The notes below the pieces were generated by a model that saw only the letters and a list, made by a program, of their open reading frames with translations, was not told the DNA's origin and ran no database searches. The position numbers and the translations under genes were made by a program. DNA of 64,000 nt from NCBI GenBank assembly GCA_965153285.1, contig OZ229118.1. One strand, 5' to 3'. Origin of the DNA: Podarcis tiliguerta. Its lineage: Eukaryota. Below are positions 48,065 to 60,000 of this stretch, one piece after another. The stretch's first letter is position 1. Each line of letters starts with the position of its first letter.

Positions 48065-51000
48065 ATTGAACATTAAGGACTACAGTAGAGGGGGAATTGC
48101 CCAGAATGTAATTCACTGGCTTCACATTGCAGGCTCCCTCTGAAGCTCCTTTGAACCTTAAAAAAATGATTTAATATTGTATGTTAATTTCCCAACAACA
48201 AATCTGAGCTGAATGTTTAATGTGAAGCAAGCAGAACTGAATTCAATGGGATTTACTCCCTGTTATGTGCATGTATAGGATTGCAGACTTAGGGCCCCTT
48301 TAGACTAGGAGGGGTTTTGTGTGTGTAACATGTCACTAACAAATAGCAGTGCATTAGTAGTGGATTTATATTGGGCCACATAATTTTGCTTTCCTGGTTG
48401 TTCTGTGATGCTTCCTCATTGCTGTCACATTATTGGCATCTGGAGGGGTGCTCTTGCAGTACAGCACAACAGGAGCAGGACAAAGCAACAACATTTGAGG
48501 TATAGGTTGCAGTTTTTGATCAGAAGGTACAGAACATGCATCAACTGGAACTTGAAACTTTTGCAACTGCAAATTATCACTGAAAGAAGGATTTCGTCTA
48601 ACTGCCCTGGTACAGATACTGTCACGAATGCACAATAAAAAAAGGAAGCCTGGAACAACCCTTAGTTGCTACAAACATTGGTCAGTTATAAATAAAAACA
48701 AGCCCTTTCATGATAAATTTTGAAAATGCAATAGCTTCCTTGCAAGGGAAACTCTTGCTTACCTGGGAGGAAGACCACTACAGAGTCATCAGTGTTTGGT
48801 CTCTCTTCATAGTCCATCATAACCTGGGCAGAGCCTTGGCGGGTGTAGCAGCGGACTGTAGATTTATGATTAACATCACCACTACGGTAAATTATAGCTG
48901 CCAGTTGCCCATCTTTTTCATTCACTGTGTATACAGGTTCCTTGAACTGGACTTTGGGTACTAGAGGGGAGGGAAGCATTCCAGCATCATGAGTTAGTCT
49001 TTTTATATCGTGCTATGATCACCTATGATTCAGATTCATATGGGGCCATTTCATTGTAATTCATCACCTTTCTCTTACATTCATACTGGGGAAAAGTTAA
49101 AACGTTAAGTTCATATCAACAGTTACACAGGATTACTGATGTGCATATGTGTGTGCATAATATAATTGGGGGGGGGGTGTGCGCGCGTGTGTGCTGGGAG
49201 CACGAATGTGGAAACCGCAGCAGTTCCTATGCATGTTTACTTGGAAGTAAGCCACACTGTGTTCAATGGGACTTAATAAATGTGTTTGGGATTGCAGCCA
49301 CAAACAACTTTCCCCTTAGTGAATTTTCTAGGCAATTGAAAGGTTGTAGAATCTAGAGTACTTACAATCAGTGATGGTATCATTGATGAAAATGGTGGTT
49401 TTGCTTGGTTCCCCAAGTACTGCATTCATGGGCATTCGTAGAACAAGTTCAAACTTTTCTGGTCCCTCGAGGACAGGCTGTCCTAAATCATCCAAGATGG
49501 TCACACGGAAAGTCTGCATATTTACACCAGGTACAAAATCCAGGTTTCGGCTGATGCCAACGTAATCAACTCCAGCTACATAAGAAGCAAGAGGGACTAT
49601 GTCGAATCACATCCATTAGATTTTACAACTGTCTTATTAAATTAATATTTATTTTATTCATAGAATGATAGAATTGTAGAGTTGGAAGGGATCCCGAGGA
49701 TCATCTAGTTCAACTCCCTGCTTTGCAGGAACCTCAACTAAATCATGCATGACAGGGGACCACCCAACATCTGCTTAAAAAGGTACAAGGAGAGTCCACC
49801 ACTTCTTGTGGATGTCTGTTCCACTGTCAAACAGCTCCTACCATCAGAAAAGTCTTCCTGATGAATCTCCTTTCTTGTATCTTGGAAGCCATTGATTCGG
49901 GTCTTACCCTCCAGAGCAGGAGAAAACAAGCTTGCTCCATCTTCCATCTTTAGTTATTTGAAGATGGCCATGATATCTCCTCAGTCTCCTCTTTCTGAGG
50001 CTAACCATACCCAAATCCCTCAACAGTTCTTCATAGGGCTGGGTTCTAAGTGCTCACAGACCAGCCGTTTCATTATCTGTTCTAGGACATTTCCTGGAAT
50101 CAACATTAAGCTGACTGGTTGGTCACCTGAGTCTTACCTGAGTCTTCTTTCACCCTGCTTTTGAAGATGGGGATAACATTTGCCTGCCTCCACTCTGCAG
50201 GTACCTCACCTATTTTCCAATAATTTTCAAAGATTATAGGCAGAGGATGATAACAAATCTGCAAGCTCTTTAGTAGCTTTTAGTGCAGCTCATTAACAAT
50301 GATTAACCCTTACATTTATTTTTAGAAAATCAGATTTTTGTCTTATTGTTATTCTTAGGTTAGTTGGATTAAACCAATTAAATTCCTCAGTTGCACTCTA
50401 AAAATAAAAATATTAAGTTCTCTTATAGTTTTGCCCATAATTCCACACTCTGGAATCACAATGTCTGAAGGAAACTGTTGGGGAGTATTCTGGGCAGCTA
50501 TTTATTGAAAATGTGTGCTGAGATTTTCCTGGGGAAATCTGCATATGTCTGAATAATGCACAATGCAAACGTATCTGGACTTAAAGATGACATCTGCACA
50601 GGGCAGAGATCAATGCTGAGATACAGCACATCAGTAATGCCTCTTGGAAAAATTAATTCACCTTCTGCAGATAATGGTTCTGTTTTCCTGGAGCGCACAG
50701 TGACAGTGGCTGCTTTAGACAGGTCAGTTCCAGTTCTCCAAACACGAACTTCGATGTGGCCAGCACTCTCAGCCACATGATATTCTGTGTCACCAAAGTA
50801 AAAAGCAGGTTCTAGATGCAGAACATAAAAAGGGGAAAAGAGATAAGAGCTCATCAATTTCCCAAAAGACAGTGATCAGGTAACAAACCTGTAACTTGCA
50901 AACAAATGAATCAACAGGGCAATCCTTTTAGGGAAATCTCTTGTAAGTAAAATGAGTTAGAACTACGCAACCAAAGGAACAAAATGATTTTTTAAAAAAT

Positions 51001-54000
51001 GATTTTTGGCAATTAACAAAAATTGTTGCCAAAATAGAGCCCTTTATTTACTATACACATGGTATCATTCTTCATTCCTCAAAGTGAAAGACTTGCCTTT
51101 TATCAGGGTGAATCCCAAAAGTTACAAATCAGGTCAGGGAAAAGGCCAGAGTAAAAATGGGCTTAAGTAGTCACCCCATTGTTTAGTGTAAGAGATCAAA
51201 CATCACAAGACTGACTGAAACTAGCACTAATTTAGCAGCTCAGCACATTAATTAGCTGGGCAGGTGGATGGGGAATGTCTTCGTTTTCAATTAAAAGCAA
51301 TTTCATTATACTTTGTCTAACACAGTGAATACAGCAGCCTTTGGACATAGTTTTTAAATTGATATTCTGCTTAGTTCCAATGCAGCCCTCAAGGCAGCTC
51401 CTCTATCTTCATACAGGCAATAATTGTGTCAGTCCTGCTTGAGGATGCTTACTTTGGTTTTCCTAGCCTGAAGCACTCTAAAAACCTTTAAAATTGATTT
51501 AACTGGTGATCGGGTATTAAAAAGTGAAGTATATATTTTGTAGGGAACAACAGCTCTGAAGTACTGGGCCAGTCACCCACAGAGAGTGTGTCTGGAAACA
51601 GTACTCTCTGTGTAAAGTCACACATTCACTTTTCATCTCACTCTGCTATGATTGCCTGGTTCGCACCTCAATATTTAGGCACTTTTATGCACAAAGAGGG
51701 GATATTTCCAGGGGTGACAGCAGGGGAGACAAGACTGTGGACAAACCCACAGATACCGGACAACTGCAGGAGATGGAACGTCTCTTAGCCTAACCGTTTG
51801 CACAACACAGCACTTCGCCAGAGGCAGCTGGTTCAGCTGTGAGCTGACCACCCAGGAGGCAATAATGGCAAAGAATGCCAAGGCATCTCCTCACCAATTG
51901 GAGCTCGCTTGCCAGTAGATACTTAAATAAAACATGGGGAGGGGACACTTTCTCCAAACTTAGGGTGCTTCTTGACAGGAGATGAATACTACAAATGGGA
52001 GATGTCACCAATTATAACTGGTGACAGGCTTACTTTAAACTTAATTGGATTTTCTGAAGAAAACATAAATCTCGATTAAATGGGGGTGGGAATACAGGCT
52101 AGCACTTTGCTGCTGATTTTGTGTGTATGGTGATAAAAAACACAGCTCTAATCCCACAATAAACATACGTCTGGAAGCACACATAGTTAAAGCTTTATAA
52201 ACCTGCTTCCATGGTTGATGCTTATATTCTTTACAGATACAGGCACAGTGAGAATATTACCTAGGTGGTAACAGCTGCTTGGACTAGAACCAACAGCGTT
52301 CATAGAATCAAAGAGCTAGAAGGGACCCTGAGGGCCCTTTGATCCAACCCCCTGCAATGCAGGTATCTGTCCAACACGGGGTTCAAACCCACCACCCTGA
52401 AATTGAGAGCCTCATGCTCATCCACAGGGCTCTGTGCAGCTGCCCCGTGTAGTGAGCTGTCAGGTCCGGGACCTGAGTAACTTGACCCCACCCATCCAAG
52501 CTCAACATTGCCCTCTCTTTGCTTGGACAGGGAGCTTCCCTGAGCATCAAGGTCTTCCTGGTGTCCCCCACCAAACCCTGCATTCCTTGTCACTGACTGC
52601 TGGCCTTGTTCCTGAGATCCAATTCCTAGCTTGGTTGCTCAGGTCTGACTTCTTGGTCAGTTCTTGGCTTTTGGATCACCTCTGACAACTACTTTCAGCT
52701 CAGCCTTGACCCAAGTCATAATATGAGACGATCCAGTTCTCTCACAAAATGTATAAAGAAAATGTTCCTTACATCCTATCAGATCAATGAGATCTGTCAC
52801 ATTGTGAAGACGGAAAGGGAAATACCTAAACTCTAATTGCAGACCTTACCTTATCAGCACACCTAAGTTTGCTGGTGGAATATAATACAGTCCCTGCCCA
52901 ACAACGCTATGATTAGTGGTGCTAACACATTCAGAATATTAGTGCCAATTTGGGTGAGAAAAATACTACCAATTTGCCTCACTGGATATTTTGCCTATAT
53001 CCAAGTGAGCTGTCTGCAATATTTAGCTTCCTGTGATTTAGCAAACCAAACAAGGGACAAAATAAGAAATCAGAGGCAAAGGAATTGCTAGTTTCAAAAT
53101 AGTGATAAGCAGCTTCAAACCATGTTGCAAATTGCAATGAACAGCTGTTGGTATATAAATGTCTGTGTTTCTGTTGCTATGCACATATGCCGTGAGATAT
53201 TTATGTTGCACATATTTTCATTTGTGCAGCCCTCGGCAATTAAGATCCATGCCATAAATACGTTTCAGAATAAATATATTTATATAAATATTTGTGGGCA
53301 CAGGGCCAGATCTTGATCTCACTCTCAGATCATTCTCCCAAATGGCAACTCCCTCCCAGCATTTGCATTAGTGTAACTGTAACGAAGCACCTGCACATAA
53401 TATCTAAAGCTTATGAGTACAATCCCCTATTTTCAACCCCCACCCTCTGTGGTGTGCCAATCACGAGAGCCCAAGCTATAATAGGATATAGTAGAAGAAG
53501 CACACAATCATAGAAGTGTAGAGTTTGAAGGGACCTTGAGGGCTATGTAAGTCGAACTTCCTGCAATGTAGGAATCTCAATTAGATCATACAGGACAGAT
53601 GACCAGCCAACCTTGCAAGTGTGGTCAAGACATCAATGATGCCGGAAACCCCCCCAGTTTCTTTTGTTATGTATATACTGTTTGTCCACCACAGCACAGC
53701 CACTGGTGCAACTTGTATTCCTTTTAGTGGGGCTGTCCTGGGACGCCCACTGTAAGCACCACTAGAAAACAATGGCGGCTCCATAGTAACAGTTCCTGTT
53801 GCTTAATGAATTAAGCACAAAGTGTGCATGCCTCAGTGTACAGTTTGTGCACAGAAACTAAAAAGAGCAACGCGGGAGCCATCATATAGCATCCTCAACA
53901 TTTTAATTAAATACAGTTACTCTTCCCATTCATACAAAAATTAATTAGGAGACTACTAAACAGACATGACTGGAGGCCTTCAGAACATGACCCAAGTCAC

Positions 54001-57000
54001 GCCTCAGTTATTACAGGGATTTAATCACTTGTCTCTGAAATATAATCCACTCTTGCTAGATGGACCTAAACACACTGCCAGCAAGCTTTGAGGCGGAACC
54101 CACTAATAACTGGAAGAGAACAGAGGCCTATCTAACATATCTCCTTTTCTCTCTTGGCAAGACAACAACCTGTGTAGCTGGAGCTACACCCCAGTCAGAA
54201 GAGAAAATATGTGCTTTTCTTGTTCTTCATTTTCCATCTCTACCAAGCAAAGCCAATAATGCGAAATAAATAAAGCCAGGAAATTTTTACAATAAGGTAG
54301 TCCAGTAACAATGAAGTCAATTTTCTTATGGCAGTGAAATATTCCACATGAACTTCTTCTGCCCATGGTATCTCTAGAACAATCTTTCAAAGACAGGCCA
54401 CAGCAAATAGGATAAATAATAAGAGCCTTTAAAGACTTTTCTCGCTCAACAATTTCCTTAAGTAGGTGGCCAGATTGTGAAACAATTGCCACTAATGCTT
54501 TAATGAGCACACATCCAATAGCAGAAATGGTGTCAGAAGGAGCAGAGAACAACACTGAGGTTGCTTTTGTAATTTAGCACTCACTCTTCTCCTCTGCCTC
54601 TAGCAAAGCTTGGGACTCTGCTATACACCTACAAATGAAACATTTTAAGTGTGTTGCAAAGTGCATTATACAAATGTGACACTAGATGGTGATAGTGAGC
54701 TATGGCAAATTGAATATATTTTTCAAAACTTTTTTCAAAAAAAAATCACAGCGTTTTATATATGTTTCCAGATTCCACCTTGGTTAGAAGGGAACACCTT
54801 TATAGAATCATAAACATTAACCCTATGCTAGATTTGATACTGCTTATATGCGTATATAAATATACAATGTTCTATTTTAATTTTAAAAACAAGCTATTTT
54901 AAACACATTTTCAAACATTTTTTTATGAGGAAATTTATCAGCAGATAACAATGTTTGTAAATTAAAAAGGAAAAAAACTGGAAAAGTTACACTGCTCTGA
55001 AATATGTGAGCTAATGAAGCAGCAACTATAACAAAGAAGGTAATGCCTTTCCCCTAAAATCCTTTTATTTACTTAGTATCATCCACAAATACATACAGTT
55101 TCTTAAGCTAACTCAGCACTTTTTTTTATGGCAGTGAAATCTTTTGAGCCAGCGGTTAATTTAAAATCTATTTCTGTTTTCCTCCGAGAAGACTTTACGG
55201 TGTTTACTCAGGCTATCTGGATAACCTTGTTGTTCCCTTATTTAAAAACATAAGCACTGGACCCAAAACCTGTTCTACCTGCCATGCCACTTAAACATTC
55301 CTGTAGTAGAGAACCATGGTAAGATTTCCGCTTCCTTATAAAATCACAAGTTGTTTGCATCTCTGTCTTCAAAGCGCATTACCGTACAACTGGATCCTTT
55401 GTTCAGCTACACATGATCAGAAGGCATGCTTCTGAAGAACAAGAAAATAACACAGAACCCACAGTTTACTACTAGGGTATGATCAAGGGCTTGCTGCAAA
55501 TGCCATACTATTCAGCCGTATCTAGAAAACCAAGATCAAAGGATTGGCTTTTTGTCTTGACTACCTGTTTATGAAGCTTTTTTAAAAAAGGAATCATCAA
55601 CAGCTGGCACCTGTGATGTTACAGATCAACAGGTCACTGATTACCTTTTGAAATTCAATTTAAGCATTTCCCTTATCAAGCACATGTCTTACTTAAAAGA
55701 ATTTAATGTGGAACACACATGAATATACTGACAGAACCTTTGATTTGCTGTCCTTGCAATACCATGAATCAGCATCACCAATACGCAGAACTCCAGTTGC
55801 ATCAAGTATTTATACGGGTATACCTCATTTTATTTCACACCACTTTACTGCTCTTCAAAAATATTGTGGGGTTTTTTAAAAAAACAAATTGAAGGACTTG
55901 GAGACAAGGATGCAGGAGCCTGTCCCTGCTGCAAAGTAACTCCTGCTGCACCTTACAAGGACATGGGTGCAGCTGCAGGCAAGACCCTGCATCAGAAAAA
56001 AATATTATGACTTGCTGAAGGCTCAGGTGACGGTTAGCATTTTTTAGCATTAAAGTATTTTTTTAATTAAGGCATGTACATTGTTTTTGTAAAACGTAAT
56101 GCTATTGCACATTTAATAGACCACAGTATAATGTAAACATAACTTTGATATGCAATGGGAAACAAACAAACAAAAATGTGTTACTCGCTTTATTGCATTA
56201 TTTGCATTATTGCGGTGGCATGAAGTGAACTCACAATATATCTGAGGTATGCCTGTATTGACTTTAGCCTAGACACCTGTAGCTTACTCTACTTTCTGGC
56301 CCCATCAACTGTTCATCAGGGATGAATGGAGACCTTTGCATGGAGCCCATACAATTGATACTCATGGTTTCCTGACCAGTTTTTTAGGCTCTTGTCCTGC
56401 AATATACCCATTAGGCTGGGGAAGGGGGGGGAGGAGAGAGAAGCTAAATGGTGCATACTGCACAAAGGAATAAAACTTGCTGTGTGCTTTCCCCTGCTGC
56501 AGGTCAAGCCCATATTTCCATCACCTATGAGAATGGGGTGCAATGAATCATGATTCAGCAGCCTGTTTTGATCATTCTTGATACTTTAGAAATGTTTAGA
56601 AAACATTGCACGTGCATTTATAAAATCAAATGTATATTCATGACTTTAAGAAAACAAAAAAAGGAGTAACAATTGTATTATGTTTTTAATATCACTGATT
56701 TCCTGTCAACCTTCACAATGCAGAGCCAGTTTCTGCTGTGAACACACAAAAGTGGCTTCCCCTGAGATCTGTCCAGGAGAGCAGGTTAGCAGCACATCGC
56801 TCCCAAAGTCCCGGAATCCATGCCCTTCCGCAGTCTAATGCCCCACAGTGTGTGTTGCTGCACATTGTCAAAATGAAAGACGACAACAAAACTCAAAGAA
56901 ACTAGGACTTAAAGAGTGCTCCCTAACTTTAAAAACCAATGCCATGCTATATATACCAATAGCAAACACATTCTCCAAGTGTGAACCTTCATGCAGCTGA

Positions 57001-60000
57001 AACATCATCACCCACACGCAAGAGGAAGGTATCATGAGGGTCTAAAGTTTGAAGTACAAAAAAATTGTTTGAACAAAAATCTTAAAGGGGTGGGGGGAGA
57101 TTGCAGCTCATTCCTCACAGGGCTTCAGTTCCCAGCAACCTTAACAAATTATGGTTCCCCTGTTTCAGGGGTGTGAGAGCTAAATGTATGGTGTGTGCAT
57201 GCAGCCATTTCTCACTTCTGTGTTGATCCCCATAAGGAGGCATTAGATGCTTGAGAAACAGGATAAATTTTGGGATCTTGGGAGCGACTGCTGCCATTGT
57301 TCAGAGCTCCTTTCCCTGCATTCAGCTGCCCTCAATTTGAAACGCATTGAAATGGCATAATAGGATCAGTGGCAATACTGAACAGCCCAGTTTAACAATC
57401 CAGCGTTAATAATGGATAGAGATCTCACATCTGAATTTCCATATGATTTCCTACTTAGATGTCAAGGTCTATCAGATCCAAATATACTGTTTTCCTGCCC
57501 AGATAGAGCAAAGAAACACGATATTTCAAGCATTTTAATCTTCACTTTAAATTTAGTTTTTATTCCAGGTTGGGTTTTTTTTACCACTTAATATTATCTC
57601 TTTCAAGCTCTAATACCAGATTTACAGAAAGGAAATACTATGTATAATTACTTTATTGTTGAGTGAATGACAGATGGGTATCAGATAGTGATCTCTCTGA
57701 ATTACAGTATTGTCTTCTCTCAGAACAATTTTTTTCTCTCCCTCAGCCACCACTCAGACACCATATGGAAATAATTGCAGTTCTATAGCTTTCTCTCCTT
57801 CAATAAACCTTAGAACATTAGTTAGGTGACAACAGCTGAATTTATTTCTCTTTCTGTCGCAGAACTGATACGCCCAGGAAAAAGATCAAGCCATACACAG
57901 TTTTGTAGATTTCACTAACATGACGCAGCACAAATATTTTACAGTGGATATTTTAAAAATAATTTTATAAGCAATTACAGTTTTTAAAATATACAAATAA
58001 TGAAAAGGCAATTTACAGCGACACTTAGCTTCAAGGTCTGGTGCCTTTGTGGGATGGTGCCTGCTTCGCACCATGATCCAATGTGGAACATGGCAGAAGG
58101 TGTTTTCCAAGGCCAGAGTGACTCCAAACTGGCCTCACGCTGGTCTGGGAAGTGGATGCTAGCCTGTCCAACATCTGGCCAATCACAGCCAGGCTGGCTG
58201 GATGCAGCGCTCTACCCAGGGGGCGGTCCCAACTGAGCCAAAAGGTTTCACTCTAGTCTGTTTCTGGGGTATTTAAACCTGGCCTGCCTCAATAATGAAA
58301 AGGTAATTTACAATGTTCATTCATTGTTCCTCCTTGTGCCAGCCAGTTTTTGTCAACCTGGTATCCTCTACTCTCATCAGCCCCCAGCAGCATGGAACCA
58401 GGTCAACAAAGGCTGGACTTGACTCTAACACAAAGAAGAAAACTGCGGTGAACTTTGTAAATAATACCTCTAGTGGAATGTATATTTATACTGCTTTAAA
58501 CACTCTTAAAGTTTATTTTACTGACAATATCTGTGCACAAATCTCATCATAATGGATTTGTAAAATGCCACTGCCACAAAAAAATCTTTGATAAATACTT
58601 TATGAGAAATTTCTGTATTTATCTATAAACATTGCCATGAAATACATTTTTCCTTATCCAAAGTTCTGCTCTCTTTTCTAACACCGCCTAATCTGTCAAG
58701 ATGATAATTATATTCTGTTGTTCAGTTTTCCAACTTAATTATCCAATTTAAATTATTTCCCCTCTGTTTTCAACACTGACATGCAAGACTAATTTGCAGA
58801 TCACACTAAACTATGTTTAGCAAGATGTGCACAAGCAGGGATTGACCTGCCATGACTTCAGGGCTCATGTCCCCACCCATGCACAGTGAGAAGGAGGACT
58901 TTGGCAGTTTTAAGTTTCACTTGTAAAGTTGGCTTGTTGTGTTGTTCAGGTCAGGGATTGTGGTTCACAACAAACAAGCCAGTTTCAGAAACCACGGTTT
59001 GAAGTTTTGAAAGTGACCAGAGTTTGTTTCAAGCCAAGATCCCTTGTCCAGATGACATTTCTCCAATTCACTGCATGAGGCTCCAAGGCATGCTGTGACT
59101 TCTTCATGTGTCACTAAACCATGGTTTAGAAAGATGTGTAAACTGAGAATGGCAATTAAGTACCAAGGAGAAAGTGGGCAGCCTTACTTCCTCTACAACA
59201 TAAAGTATCTATATATTTAACTATTAATTTATAACATCTCTATTTTGTAACATTATTATTCAATCTCCAATTGCCCTTTTTTAACAAAAGAAAACAAAAA
59301 CCTCTTCAGTTTCCAGACTCATTCCTTTGATTACTATATAGCTGGCATAAATCTTATTCCCAATCTTTGCTGTTTTTATGTTTGAAATAACATGCAAGTG
59401 GAGGGGAAAAAACTACTTTCTAGTATGAATTATAGTGGCATGAATAGTATGCATAATTAATTTAATCTTCATTTAAGATTTGCCAAACACATGTCATTTC
59501 TTAGCTGGAAATGTTGGAACACCTTAGGAAGATGTGCACAACTTGAATACTAATTTGATTTGTCTAATTTTTCATTTATCACTCATTAAAATCTTCTGCC
59601 ACTATTAATTTTCCCTCCCTCCACTTATCTGCATTTCTAACTAATCTCTCTGTTACTTTGTGTGTGAACAGACTAATCTTCACATCATTTTTTAGTGGTG
59701 AAAATGTACCCTTCATGAAGTCCTTTACTTGAAAGATCTATCTAACAACTCTTACCGTAAGTAAAAAAATAATAATCGAAGTTTTCTCCTTTTAAAGAAA
59801 ATGTGATGTGGGAAAGGTACGATAAGTACAGATAAACCTTTTGCTGCAAGTTTTGGATAATAAAAAGGGCTACTGCTACTCTATGCTTTGATATCCATTT
59901 CTGAAATGTTATTACTATATATTTCGGTTACTTCCTATTTCCAAACCTTCTGTAAGTTTTGTAAGTCTTGATATCTTAATTTGTGTTTGGTCTAACACAA

